Shown: positions 11,422 through 22,722, numbered from the stretch's first letter. The stretch is 64,000 bases of DNA from Candidatus Doudnabacteria bacterium (GCA_963788395.1 CAWBGV010000031.1:73094-137093); one strand, 5' to 3'. A program made the numbers and translations. Notes: a model not told the origin generated them from the letters alone.

Positions 11422-12573
11422 TTACAAGTTCATCTTTTGCGTATCGGAATTTACCGGAGGCTGCGGCAGCGGGGTGCTTTTGCCGTTTTGGATAATCAGA
11501 TATTTTTCATCATGAAATTCAAAGTTGCTCCAGCCATATTTATCCGGGTCAAAGCCTTCCCCGCAAGTGGTTTCAATTAAGGCAGTACAAATTTGGTAAG
11601 GGTCCAGGTTGGCTGCCGGACGGCGGTCTTCCAAATAGCCGCGGCCCTTGTTGGCCGTATCCATGGGAATGCGAATACTGGCGCCCCGGTCGGAAACTCC
11701 GTAGCGGAAATCATAAATGCTGCAGGTTTCGTGCTTGCCGGTGAGGCGTTTGTCGTTATCCGCGCCATACACCCGCATGTGCTGCTTGTGGAACCGGCCT
11801 AATTTTTCGCAGGTTTTTTTAATGTATTCCAGTCCGCCGGTTTCGCGCATAGGGCGAGTCGAAAAGTTGGTGTGCCCGCCCGCGCCGTTCCAATCACCGC
11901 TCATGGGCTTAGGATCGAGTTTGGCATAGGCGTTATGTTCTTCACCCAAGCGGTATAGTAACCAGCGCGCCAGCCACATTTGGTCCGATATTTCTAATGG
12001 TCCGCCGGCGCCCACTTGAAATTCCCATTGCGCCGGCATTACTTCGGCGTTAATTCCGGAAATCATAATTCCCGCGTCCAAGCAGGCTTTGGCGTGAGCT
12101 TCTACTAATGGCCGGCCATGGACTTCGTCGTAACCGACGCCGCAGTAGTAACGGCCTTGCGGTGAAGGATATCCTTTTTCCGGCCAGCCTAACGGCCAGT
12201 CTTTATCATACAAAGTGTATTCTTGTTCAAAACCAAACCAGGGTTCCTGATCTTTAAATTTTTCCGCTACCTTTGCCAAAACGTGCCGGGTGTTGGAAAT
12301 GTGAGGTGTGCCGTTGGCGTTTAAGACTTCGCACATGACCAAAATATTCGGGTCGCCGTTGATGGGGTCGTTGATATAGTAAACCGGTTTGAGCATGCAG
12401 TCGCTAAAGTGCCCTTCGGCTTGTTCGGTAGACGAACCGTCAAAGCCCCACATGGGGATGTCTTCTATTTTTCTGACCGGGCCATCGATAATTTTTGTTT
12501 TAGAGCGTAACTTGGCCGTGGGCTTTCTGCCGTCCGTCCAAATATATTCCGCCATAATTTTGTTGTTTGGCAT
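11422..12573 (-). CDS. glnII: Glutamine synthetase type II
   Basis: AEYIWTDG..LRSKT, WGFDGSSTEQA, PWFGFEQEY, GINAEVMPAQWEFQVG, DWNGAGGHTNFST, RLTGKHET, RGASIRIP, YLEDRRPAANLDPY; GSII length and motifs. Confidence 0.92.
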   Translation of the reverse strand: MPNNKIMAEYIWTDGRKPTAKLRSKTKIIDGPVRKIEDIPMWGFDGSSTEQAEGHFSDCMLKPVYYINDPINGDPNILVMCEVLNANGTPHISNTRHVLAKVAEKFKDQEPWFGFEQEYTLYDKDWPLGWPEKGYPSPQGRYYCGVGYDEVHGRPLVEAHAKACLDAGIMISGINAEVMPAQWEFQVGAGGPLEISDQMWLARWLLYRLGEEHNAYAKLDPKPMSGDWNGAGGHTNFSTRPMRETGGLEYIKKTCEKLGRFHKQHMRVYGADNDKRLTGKHETCSIYDFRYGVSDRGASIRIPMDTANKGRGYLEDRRPAANLDPYQICTALIETTCGEGFDPDKYGWSNFEFHDEKYLIIQNGKSTPLPQPPVNSDTQKMNL

Positions 12574-12638
12574 ACCGTTGTTCCTTTTGGCTACCGTTTA
12601 CCGGGGGTAAATGCAGCGCATAAATTAATGGTAAAATG

Positions 12639-12771
12639 AAAACCCCGGCCTGAAGCCGGGGGTTTTGCTAGAGATTTTGCGGTCGGAATGAGGGTGTAAA
12701 TTCGGTGGGTGTTGGGAGTGCGTTAGGTATCAACATATAGCCAATATAGCAGAGGGTAAAAAAACGCGCAA
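12639..12771 (-). promoter_or_regulatory. glnII leader: promoter, leaderless 22-aa uORF (12736-12668) and terminator hairpin
   Basis: TTGCGC-17-TATATT (extended TG), ATG 7 nt after -10, MLIPNALPTPTEFTPSFRPQNL*, then aaaacccccggc-ttca-ggccggggttttcatttt. Confidence 0.55.
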
Positions 12772-12823
12772 GTAGTGAAATACAGCAGAAGACAGTTCCG
12801 TAATAGTTTGTTACTATGATGGT

Positions 12824-13252
12824 ATGAAAATGAGAGCTATTAAGCCGAGCGACATCAAAGCCGCGGCTAAAATTATCGAATTAAATTATGCCTCGCAATA
12901 TCGCTGGCTGGACAGGGAAAATATAACGGCGATGTTTAATAATTATATTGGGAAGCCCAAGTATTTAGTGGCCGAAGAAAAAAGTAATATGGTTGGATTT
13001 GCCGGCTATATTGAAACCTGGATGGATTATAGCGTCTACAATATTTTTTGGGTTAATGTAGACCCGGCCCATCAAGGGCAGGGGATTGGGCGGGCCTTGG
13101 TGACAGCAGTGATCAAAATAATCAAAAAGAAAAAAGCCAGCCTGGTCTTACTGACCACTAACCAACCACGTTTTTACAGACAGTTTGGTTTTAAGACGGT
13201 TATGAAGTTTGGGAAAAAAGGATATCTACTCATGGTTCTAAAATTAACTTAA
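12824..13252 (+). CDS. GNAT N-acetyltransferase
   Basis: VNVDPAHQGQGIGRAL acetyl-CoA motif, FYRQFGF. Confidence 0.85.
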   Translation: MKMRAIKPSDIKAAAKIIELNYASQYRWLDRENITAMFNNYIGKPKYLVAEEKSNMVGFAGYIETWMDYSVYNIFWVNVDPAHQGQGIGRALVTAVIKIIKKKKASLVLLTTNQPRFYRQFGFKTVMKFGKKGYLLMVLKLT

Positions 13253-13277
13253 AGAAATTCTAAACCAAACTGTAACA

Positions 13278-13309
13278 AACAGGGTACCCCTTTAAAGGGG
13301 TACCCTGTT
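13278..13309. repeat. Perfect 32-bp palindrome, REP-like copy 1
   Basis: aacagggtacccctttaaaggggtaccctgtt; related copy at 37917-37953. Confidence 0.8.
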
Positions 13310-13314
13310 GTGGG

Positions 13315-13361
13315 TTGACAATGATTTTTAAGTATGCTACCTTTATATAGCAAGGTAGCAT
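13315..13361 (+). promoter_or_regulatory. Promoter and probable PadR operator
   Basis: TTGACA at 13315-13320; inverted repeat ATGCTACCTT-N8-AAGGTAGCAT (13334-13361) over the -10 region. Confidence 0.7.
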
Positions 13362-13374
13362 TTACTACAATCAT

Positions 13375-13698
13375 ATGGAAATAAGAGATAAATTTAGCCC
13401 AATTCGCAAAGGATTGCTGGAACTAGCAGTTTTGCAGGTTATTTCAGTAAAAAAGGTTTATGCGGCGGATATTCTTGATACTCTTAAAGATACTGAGTTT
13501 GCGACCCAGGAAGGCACCCTGTATCCGCTTTTGAGCCGTTTGCGCCAGGAAAAGGCTGTGGATTATGAATGGGTTGAAAGTGAAGCCGGGCCGCCCCGAA
13601 AGTATTACCGATTGACTGATGAAGGCCGGGAACAACTTCGTCAGCTGCAAGAGTATTGGAAAACAATAAATTTAACTATTAAAAATCTGGGAAAGTGA
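13375..13698 (+). CDS. PadR family transcriptional regulator
   Basis: RKGLLELAVL, EGTLYPLLSRL, ESEAGPPRKYYRLT. Confidence 0.92.
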   Translation: MEIRDKFSPIRKGLLELAVLQVISVKKVYAADILDTLKDTEFATQEGTLYPLLSRLRQEKAVDYEWVESEAGPPRKYYRLTDEGREQLRQLQEYWKTINLTIKNLGK

Positions 13699-13749
13699 GT
13701 AGTTTATGGTTAGTAATACTACAAACTACCCACTATAAACTAAACACCT

Positions 13750-14814
13750 ATGAACAAAGTTATCACCATCAACTTAAATGGCCGCGCCTATCAAGTTGAA
13801 GAAGAAGGTTACAATAAATTGCGCGACTATCTCCAGTCGGCCGGCGAAAAATTATCCAACGACCCTGGCAAAGAAGAAATTATGAGTGACTTAGAGCAGG
13901 CCATGGCCGAAAAGTGCGATCAATACTTGCAAAAGAATAAAACCGTAGTCACCAACAGCGATGTTGAATCGATTATTTCACAGTTGGGGCCGGTCCAGGG
14001 TCAAACTTCGTCTGCCGAGGCCTCGTCAGACGCCGCTCATGAAAGTCCTAAAAACACTGCGGAACCAAAGCGTCTGTACCGGATTGCCGAAGGCGCTATG
14101 TTCCGCGGCGTCTGTACCGGATTGGCAGCTTATTGGAATGTAGATGTGACCTTTATTAGAATCGGTTTTGTAATTCTCGTCTTAATAACTCACGGATTTG
14201 GGATTTTGCTGTATCTGGTCATGATGATTGTTATTCCACCCGCAACTACCTCGGCCCAAAAAGCCGCGGCCAGTGGCGCGCCATTTACCGCCCAAGAATT
14301 TATTGACCGCGCCCGCCAGGAGTACGAAAAATTTTCCAATCGTGAAGACTGGAAGAATTGGAAGCGCGAATGGAAAGCTAAGGCTCGCCAGGAAAAGTGG
14401 GAATGGCGCCAGCAGCGCCGCGCCAGCTGGAATCCGGTTTCTCCATTTTTGGGCCTGTTAGTAGCTGTTTTGTCTATCTTATGGCTGTGGGGCCTGGTTA
14501 TGATCATAAGTCGAGGTATGATTTTTGGTTGGTTGCTGCCGGCTACTATTCCGATTTGGGTGATAATTCTGATATGGCTCTGCGTCTACAGTTTTGTGAT
14601 GTGGCCGCTGAAAGCCGCCCGCTGGTCGATGGCCTATCATGATCCCGATTACCACCACCATTACCACAACGGTTTTGCCGAAACCGTGGTCTGGTTGGCC
14701 TTTATAGCTATAATTATTTGGGCAGCCTGGCAATACATTCCGTCTTCCCACCATGCCTTGGAACAGGCGCGCGTATGGGGGCAGCACCTCACACAAAAAT
14801 TACGAATCCATTAA
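13750..14814 (+). CDS. PspC domain membrane protein
   Basis: MNKVITINLNG N-terminus; KRLYR...GVCTGLAAYWNVD...R...Y..M.IVIP PspC domain; C-terminal TM helices. Confidence 0.88.
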   Translation: MNKVITINLNGRAYQVEEEGYNKLRDYLQSAGEKLSNDPGKEEIMSDLEQAMAEKCDQYLQKNKTVVTNSDVESIISQLGPVQGQTSSAEASSDAAHESPKNTAEPKRLYRIAEGAMFRGVCTGLAAYWNVDVTFIRIGFVILVLITHGFGILLYLVMMIVIPPATTSAQKAAASGAPFTAQEFIDRARQEYEKFSNREDWKNWKREWKAKARQEKWEWRQQRRASWNPVSPFLGLLVAVLSILWLWGLVMIISRGMIFGWLLPATIPIWVIILIWLCVYSFVMWPLKAARWSMAYHDPDYHHHYHNGFAETVVWLAFIAIIIWAAWQYIPSSHHALEQARVWGQHLTQKLRIH

Positions 14815-14816
14815 GT

Positions 14817-15581
14817 ATGACTAACGAAGTTTTGTTAAGCGTAAAAGATTTAAAAAAGAAGTATGACAACGGCTACGAAGCGGTAAAGGGCGTTAGTTTT
14901 GAGGTGCATAAAAGCGAAGTCTTCGGAATTTTAGGCCCCAATGGCGCCGGTAAAACCACAACTTTAGAAATGATAGAAGGTCTAAGATCAATTACCAGCG
15001 GGGCGGTTATTTTAGATGGGCTCGACGTCCAAAAAAGTCCTTACGCAGTTAAAGAACGCATTGGGATTCAATTACAAGCGTCGGCTTTTTTTCCCAACCT
15101 CACGCTGGTTGAACTTCTGCAAATGTTCAGTGATCTGTATGGCCAATCAAATGATCCCGTTGAACTCTTGCGTGAAGTCGGGCTGGAACAAAAAGCCGGC
15201 AGCTACGCTAAAGATTTGTCCGGCGGCCAGCGCCAGCGGTTTTCAATCGCGACGACTCTGGTCAATAAGCCGATCATGGTATTTTTAGATGAGCCGACGA
15301 CCGGACTTGATCCGCAAGCGCGCCGGAATTTATGGGAGCTCGTCCAGCAAATTCAAAAAAAAGGCACTACTGTTATTTTAACCACGCACTATATGGATGA
15401 AGCTCAAATACTCTGCGACCGGGTGGCAATTATGGACGAAGGGAAAATTGTAGCGCTGGATACGCCAAATGTACTCATTGAACAGCTGTTATCGCGCGGT
15501 TTCAAAGCTCACACCGTGGTGCCTCCCGCTACATTGGAAGATGTTTTTATAGATTTGACCGGAAAAGAACTCAGAGATTAA
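14817..15581 (+). CDS. ABC-2 type transporter ATP-binding protein
   Basis: GPNGAGKTT, LSGGQRQR, FLDEPTTGLDPQARR, LTTHYMDEA. Confidence 0.93.
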   Translation: MTNEVLLSVKDLKKKYDNGYEAVKGVSFEVHKSEVFGILGPNGAGKTTTLEMIEGLRSITSGAVILDGLDVQKSPYAVKERIGIQLQASAFFPNLTLVELLQMFSDLYGQSNDPVELLREVGLEQKAGSYAKDLSGGQRQRFSIATTLVNKPIMVFLDEPTTGLDPQARRNLWELVQQIQKKGTTVILTTHYMDEAQILCDRVAIMDEGKIVALDTPNVLIEQLLSRGFKAHTVVPPATLEDVFIDLTGKELRD

Positions 15582-15659
15582 ATAAAATTCACAAATTTAT
15601 AAATTAAGTAAAATTTAATGTCAACCCAGTAATTTTATTTAACTTGTAAATTTATTTTT

Positions 15660-16759
15660 ATGCAAAAATTCTTTATTTCCCTGAAAGCCCTCACCGTTGC
15701 CTCGTTTAAAATGTATTTCCGAATCGCGGAGCGGTTATTTTTACGTTAATTGTTCCGCTGGCACTGTTGGCAGTATTTGGATTTTTGTCTAAAGGCGGCG
15801 CAACTACGATCAAACTCGATGTTACCGATTATGCCCAAACTCAGCTTTCTCAAAATTTTCTAAAGGCGCTTCAAAATGTTTCGGTCTTTAAGGTCCAGCA
15901 AGTCTCGGAAAATCAGGCAGGTTCTGATCTGGGAAAAGGCAATATTGATCTGGAAGTAGTTATACCTAAAAATTTTGGGCAAGCGGGCGCCGCCGGCCAG
16001 CCTAAACCTGCCAGTATTAAAACGTATTATAACCAGGCTAATCCGGCCAACGGGCAAATTGGAAACTTAATCATTACTCAGATTGTTGACGGTATTAATT
16101 CCCAAATTTCTGACGTCCCGCAAATCGTTTCAGTTCAATCTACCGGCGTCCAAACCAACAATTTGGGGTACTTTGATTTTATCTTGCCCGGCATTTTAGC
16201 CATGATCATCATGCAGTCCGGATTGTTTGCCGTGGCTTTTGCCTTTGTTTCGTTTAAAGCCAGCGGGGCTTTGCGCCGTATCCAGGCCACACCGGTACAT
16301 CCGCGAAATTTTATTATTGCTCAAGCAATTACCCGTTTAGTCATGACTTTGATTACCGTGGCAATACTCATCGGTTTCGGCGTAAAGTTTTTTAGTTTCC
16401 ACATGCTGGGGAGTTATTGGGATTTTACCCTTGTGGCAATTTTGGGAATTTTGATATTTTTGGGTTTTGGTTTCGCGATTGCCGGCTATGCCAAAGATGA
16501 AAATCAGGTTGCGCCGCTGGCCAACGTTATCCAGTTGCCCATGCTTTTACTTTCGGGCATCTTTTTTCCGCGCGACGATTTTCCTCACTGGCTGCAAACG
16601 GTGACTAATTATTTTCCGTTAACGTATTTAAGCGATGCCATGCGCCACATTGCTAACGAAGGATTGCACTTGACGCAGATAATGCCGGATTTATTGGGAC
16701 TGATTATTTGGTGCGTTATAGTCTTTGTGATTGCGATTAATTTGTTCCGGTGGGAGTAG
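15660..16759 (+). CDS. ABC-2 transporter permease (frameshift near 15720)
   Basis: ATG 15660 MQKFF..KMYFR joins the 15767 ORF; FILPGILAM, LLSGIFFP, PLTYLSDAMR. Confidence 0.88.
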
Positions 16760-17009
16760 GGGAGGGATGAAACATGAAGCATGCTGTACGGGATTTGGGA
16801 GCTGAATTTTATGACGGATTTAGAGAGGTTGAAGAAAATTTTATATAAGCGACGAAAAAAGCGAATTCCTGCACGGGTCTTAAACCAGCTTAAAGCATTA
16901 CTGTTTCATCCGCTGTTTTGGCCGCCCTTGCCGGCACCGATTTATAAACGTAAATAGGGATTAAAAAAACTCTCCACTGCCGGAGCGTTTATTGATTGGT
17001 ATATTTTAC

Positions 17010-18478
17010 TTATAGAGCTGCCAAATCTATGGTTTGATCAATCCGGACCTGGGCAACAAAATCCGGAACGTGGGAGACCATAAGCAGGGCGCTTTGGTAA
17101 TCACTGAGGGCTTGGGCAATAATAGGTAAATGTCGGAAGTTAATATGATTAGTGGGTTCGTCCAGAATAAGCAGTCCGGGTTGTAGCAAAACCAGCCGAC
17201 AAAACGACAGGAGTCCTTTTTGGCCTTCCGACAGAGCCGCAATGGGTTGATCCAGGAGTTTGCCATCCAGTAAAAAACCCGCGGCGGTGGAACGCAAAAT
17301 GTGCTCATCGAATTTTTGCATAACTTCCTTGAGGGCATCAAAAGCTTTTTGGTCAAAGTTAAAATTGGAGAAATCTTGTTTGTAGTAGCCTATGAGGATG
17401 TCTTTGGCCACTGTAAAACCTTGTCCGGAACCGGCAGTGATTTTTTCCAGCAGGGTGCTTTTGCCGATGCCGTTTGGGCCGGTAATAATTACGTGGGTAT
17501 TTTTTCGTATCGTCATGTCTAGGTCTTTACTGACTACTCCATGTTCACGGATAGCGGAAAGAGAAGAGAACGTTAAAATTTTTCCATCAAAAAATGGGTC
17601 AAATTCTTGACAGGGGATGGTAAATTCGCGGATGGTCTTGTCTTCCCGCCGAACTTCTACCACGCTTTCTTCCGCTGCTTCCGCCGCTTCCCGCATGCGC
17701 TTGGCTACGGCGCGCAGTTTGCCGCCTTTGTGGGCGAAGACTTCGGCTTGGGAACGCTTCTCTTTAATTTCCATTTGCATGCGGGCGTTTTGCAAATTTT
17801 CCCGTTCAATCCGGTTTTTAATTTCTTCGACTACGTCGTAATAGTTCCCGGAGTATTGTTCAATTTTATGGGTAAAGACATCTAAATATAAGACACCATC
17901 GGAAAAGGCGTTGAGAAAATCGGCATCGTGGGAAATAACCACGACAGTTTTTTCGTACATCATCAAAAAGCCGGTCAAATGTTCTATGCCTTGTTGGTCA
18001 AGATTGTTTGTAGGCTCGTCCAAAAGTAAAATATCAGGATTTTGGATAAGCGCGTGCGCCAATAATAATCGCGCCTGCTGTCCGCCGGAAAAATGTTTAA
18101 CGGTTTTTTCTAAAGGCAGATCTACATTTACGACTTCAAACACGTCGCGGATTAACTTATCCAGATTATATTTTTTTTCAGCAAAAGCCGTGGCAAAATA
18201 ATCCCGGACCGATAATTCGGCAAGGTCTTTTGGCATAACTTGTCTGGCGATAGCAATTGAAGCGTCTTTGGGAGTAATCAATATTTCCCCTTAAGTTAGG
18301 TTTGATCTCGCCGGTAATCATTTTTAAAGAGTGTGGATTTTCCCGCGCCGTTCTGTCCCATAAGCGTGACTCTGCTGCCGCTGCGAACGCTAAAACTCGC
18401 CTCTTCCAAAACAGGTTTGTTGTGCCCGTACTCAAACGTGACGTTTGAGAATCTTAAAATAACGTTATCGTTAGCCAT
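17010..18478 (-). CDS. ABC-F family ATPase (frameshifted near 18290-18340)
   Basis: Two NBDs (GQNGAGKST/FSGGQQAR/LLDEPTNNLD and GPNGIGKST/LSEGQKG/ILDEPTNH), no TM segments. Confidence 0.88.
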
Positions 18479-18554
18479 ATAGTAAAAAAGAAACCCCGCT
18501 GATGGGGTGAAAAACTATATTGATTGTAGCAGCTTAACCGCCTCCGGTCAATCA

Positions 18555-18609
18555 AAATAAAACCCGCCACAAAGAGGGGTTTTTGGTCACAGTAGGCCAC
18601 AGCTTGACT
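18555..18609 (-). ncRNA. Candidate ~55-nt small RNA antisense to the tRNA-like RNA at 24629-24698
   Basis: TTGACA (18642-18637)-16-TGcTACGAT (18620-18615); transcript GUCAAGCUGUGGCCUACUGUGACC then AAAACCC..GGGUUUUAUUUU terminator; complementary to 24666-24692. Confidence 0.6.
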
Positions 18610-18854
18610 TAAATATCGTAGCACATTGGTTTTTTATGTCAATATCTGGTGGACAGCATAGCTTCCGAGTTAAATCATATCTGGGACTACGTTTGGCGTT
18701 GGTATCCTTGGGTCAAAGAGTTAGAAACGGCCAATGTTGCTGGGTAATTTGGCGTGTTTAGGTCACACATGCCAGTATTTAAACGCTAAAATTTAGGCTT
18801 TTAATGCTTCTGTGCCGACTTTTTCTATAAGTCTTATAAATTTTTGCGCAGCTT

Positions 18855-20022
18855 CTAGTCCTGTTCAGCATCTTCTTTCTTGAATTGCTCCCATTGGTGA
18901 ACCCCCGCGTTTCTTTTCTTTCTCACAAGCAGTTTCCAATTTTTATGCTCTTCCGCGCCATCAAATGTTACGATCGGTAATTTCTTTTTTTCTCGCAAAA
19001 TATTAATATTTTCCTGCAACCTCAAAATTCTGCTGCCAGTTGTTAAAAATCCTTTCTTTTTGCGAGCAAGCTTTTGAGCTTTGGTAGAGTCTTCATCTAG
19101 CATTTCTTCAATTTCGCTTGCCTTTATACCTTGCAATTCCAAAGCGCCAACTTGATAACAAGTTAGAACGGCCATTTCCACAGCAGTGTCAAAATCAACA
19201 ATGCAAATTCTATAATCTTTATCCATTGCTATTCTTTCTAATCCGGCTAACAAAATCTGATTAAATATTCAATGCTATAAGCGCCTGCACCACCAGCAAC
19301 TAGAGACATAAGCCCATCAGCAGGAATTATCAGCTTTTACATTCATTAAAAGCGGAGAACTGATTCGTCCTTGGACAAGAGGTATGGCATCTTGTTCCAT
19401 ATTCGGAACCATGGGGAAAGGTTGAAATTTTCTTTGTGATATTAACTTTGGTGACAAAAGTTCAATTGTTGATTTGGTTTTATCATCATCACTAAATACA
19501 CTGATATAAACACAAGTATAAAAGGTTAAATCACTGTCTTCCGACAAAAATTTGTTATAGTAATCATGAGATGTGTGTTTGTATGCCAACAAAAATTTGT
19601 TAAAAAAATTTATTGTAGTAGTTCTTAAAAATTAGCTATTGGTTGGGTTAGACCAGGCCGAATCTATGTCATTGATGGAAAAAATAATAGCAATTTCTGA
19701 AAAAAACCATGGGTAAAAAACTTTACCAGCTTCTCCAGCAATGATATGGAATATTGGCTGATCACATCCTCCCCGGATCCGACTAACTCCGCATTTTTTG
19801 AATTTTTTGGAGTAATAGGTTCAAGTGCAATGCGTTGTTGAGCACTGTCAGTTCTCTCGCTTCTTAATAAATTGCTTTTATCAAAAATCTGATTTTTCCT
19901 TCTTTCGATAAGATCTGCACCAAGCCTACTTCCTCGGCACCAACGGCAACAGGATAAAATCCATCGGGAACACCGATGTGAAATGGATAGTCGAAAACTA
20001 TTTTGACAAAGCCTGGTCTCAT
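18855..20022 (-). CDS. Putative HEPN-domain protein, multiply frameshifted
   Basis: ATG 20022 (MRPGFVKIVFDYPFHIGVPDG...), fragments 19317-19592 and 18855-19253; C-terminal DTAVE...RNAGVH fits HEPN R-x4-H. Confidence 0.5.
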
Positions 20023-20113
20023 AAAATTTATATATAAAGAATAGCTCTTATTTAAGAGAAAGTAAAAGGCTTGTGGAGTTAATTGTGTTTAAAATACCAA
20101 TATTTCTGTAAAT

Positions 20114-20158
20114 TTGACAGGATTTTTACGTCTGCTATAATATAACAAAATTGTTATA
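20114..20158 (+). promoter_or_regulatory. Consensus sigma70 promoter and TA operator
   Basis: TTGACA-16-TGcTATAAT followed by palindrome TATAACAA-aa-TTGTTATA. Confidence 0.75.
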
Positions 20159-20174
20159 TTAGTAAACAAAACTA

Positions 20175-20547
20175 ATGTCAGCGTTGGAAACATCCTTCAA
20201 AGTAGAGTTTTTTACAACTGCTGCCGGCAATAATCCAGTTTGGGGAGTCTACAGAAGATTTACCTCCCGAAGAATTTAAGTATTTTGATCGCGCTATTAC
20301 GCGCTGTCAGACGTTACCTTTGTCTAACCTGTTTAAATGTGGTTACTTGGAAAAAATGTCAGGCTTTGATTTGTATGAACTTCGTATAAGTGTTAAAAAC
20401 AAAATTTACCGAATACTGTGTGTAATAAAAGACGCAGTTATTTGGTTTTTAAATGTGTTTCAAAAGAAAAGTCAAAAAATTAAACAAAAAGAAATAAATA
20501 CGGCCCTCGAGCGTTTTAAGCAATTAAAACTATTGGGACAATACTAA
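20175..20547 (+). CDS. HigB/RelE-like toxin (frameshift near 20245)
   Basis: KVEFFTTAAGNNPV...LYELRI...YRIL...FLNVFQKKSQK...EINTALER. Confidence 0.8.
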
Positions 20548-20548
20548 T

Positions 20549-20815
20549 ATGAACTACAATGAACTGAAAAATAAAATATTGAGCAAGCCTGCTTTTAAAG
20601 ATTCTTTAAAAGCTGATTTAGATTTTGAAATAAGCCAAATGATTATTGATGCACGTCTAATGAGAGGTCTTACCCAAAAACAATTAGCCGGTATTGTAGG
20701 AACAAAGCAACCTAGTATCGCAAGAATTGAAAGTGGCTCTTTATTGCCATCCCTGAGCTTTTTAGAAAAAATCGCGAAAGCCTTAGAAACTAATTTAATT
20801 CCCCCCAAAGTTTGA
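20549..20815 (+). CDS. HigA-like XRE antitoxin
   Basis: ARLMRGLTQKQLAGIVGTKQPSIARIESGSLLPSL. Confidence 0.85.
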   Translation: MNYNELKNKILSKPAFKDSLKADLDFEISQMIIDARLMRGLTQKQLAGIVGTKQPSIARIESGSLLPSLSFLEKIAKALETNLIPPKV

Positions 20816-20985
20816 ATTAACTGAAAATTTAAAAGTAAAAACAACTTCAATTACTCCTCAAGCTATTCAGGCATTCCCAACCCCTGTGCAGATTAATTAT
20901 TACCTTTTGGTGATACCAGAAATTCGTTCTGTAAGGCAAGTTGAGAGAAAAGTGTTGTTTTTTAATCCTAATTAAACTATATTTT

Positions 20986-21439
20986 ATGAAAAAAATTGAT
21001 AACTTTGGAATAAAACATATTTGGACTATTCTTTGCTCAAACAGTAGCATTGATCAAAACACTAACAATGTTTCTTTGTTTAATGTTATTGAGCAAGTAG
21101 AATTACAAGCATTCGATAAGAAAAAAATCAATGAAAAACAAGAGAAAGGAATACCTTTAAATTGTGAACTTATATCCTTATGGAATAGAAAAGATAATGC
21201 CAAAAAAGGTTATGAAGAAAAGGTGGAATTTGTAGATCCAGCCGGGGCAATTTTAAACACTATCGAAACCCCATTAAAAATACCTGATAATATCCAAAGC
21301 TTTAGAATGACCTTTCGAAATTATGGGGTTAAAAGTCACTACTGCTGGAGAATATTGTTTTAAAATTAGCGCTAGAGAGAACAAGAAGGATAGTTTCATT
21401 GAAGTTGCCACCTTGCCTCTTAGGATTGTTATAAAATAA
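20986..21439 (+). CDS. Hypothetical protein (DUF6941-like), frameshift near 21320
   Basis: WTILCSNSSIDQNTNNVSLFNVIE; continues GLKVTTAGEYCFKI..LPLRIVIK* in another frame. Confidence 0.5.
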
Positions 21440-21811
21440 TTTAAATTTAAAACACGTCTGTAACATGGCTAGTTTTTGGTATGTGTTTGTATGGTGAAAA
21501 TAGTTAATGAAATCACCATTTCGCTTGAAAATATAAGACTTATTCGAAATTTGCTGAAATCCAAAACCATACAAAAACATACACTTTTTGCGTTACATAT
21601 AAATTTTCTGAGTGTGTTGTGGGTCGGTTCCGGAAGTTCCTATTTTCCTTACAAAAAATGAGGTTTAAAGGAATTTTGGCAAAATCTAAAACGACACAAA
21701 AAAACACACTTTTACCATGGTAGCACACTAAATTCTTGGTTTTTCGCTATGGACTTTTCCTCAAATTTTTGTTAAAGTATTGAGGCACAGAAAAAGGAGG
21801 ACTAGAACCGA

Positions 21812-22666
21812 ATGTCACGTCGTAATAAGGACAAACGCGAAAAAAGTCAGCATCAGAAAAAGCAGGCTGCGGTAATGAACACAGCGGCTAGTGAGCTTGT
21901 TGTGAATATGCTGAGCGGTGCTAGCAATCCTTTGGTTGCTATCACTCTCATTGGACCAAGACCCACCGTGCAAGGCATCCCACTCAGTCGTTCCATGGGC
22001 TGTGTTGTGGAACGGCAAAACAACGGACTTCGTTTGGTAATGACCTGTCGTCATGCTTTCGAGAACTTACGCAATGGCTACAGGCTCTCGTTGCAATGCA
22101 AGGCCCAAGTCGGCTGCCAACACCGTTGGAGGTGATTGGTCAGCCCATTGAAGATACGGAGCCGGAGAGCGATGTAGCTTTTCTGCTAGTCAGGGATCGT
22201 TTGAATTTGCCCACACGGCCATTTGTGGTCGAGCAGGTAGATCCCGAATTTCATGACATGCAGATTCTCTACAATGCCGCTAACCGTTGCGACCCACTGT
22301 CACGCGTGTATGATGTTTTCGTTGCAAGGCAGGGGGTGAAAGAGCGGGCACCGATGTTTTTGCAAGATGTCAATCAGAACCACAGAAATCGTTCCCGCAG
22401 AGGACACGACGAAGCAAGAAGATTTACGGCATCAAGGCTGGATTTCTTGCCGGATGTTTCAGATGCACAGCCGGAGTGGTTTCTCGGGCAGCCCGGTATG
22501 GGACGAACAACTCCGACTCTACGGAATGGATGTGCGGGGAACCTCTCCTGGCGACGGAATGCATGCCACAATGGGTGACGTCCTTATTTGTCTGCCAACG
22601 AGCGAGCTGCATGCTGCGCGTCAGAGAGTGGAGCCTCAACTCCAACAACTGCTTGCTTCATTGTGA
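21812..22666 (+). CDS. Trypsin-like serine protease, frameshifted
   Basis: AAGGAGG RBS; triad motifs VMTCRHA, SDVAFL and GFSGSPVWD over three consecutive frames. Confidence 0.7.
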
Positions 22667-22688
22667 TCGCCATTTCGGTTTCAACTTT

Positions 22689-22722
22689 GGTCACCGCTGC
22701 TTTACTGGGCGGTGACTTTTTT
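22689..22722 (+). terminator. Intrinsic terminator after protease gene
   Basis: ggtcaccgct-loop-ggcggtgact-ttttt. Confidence 0.7.
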
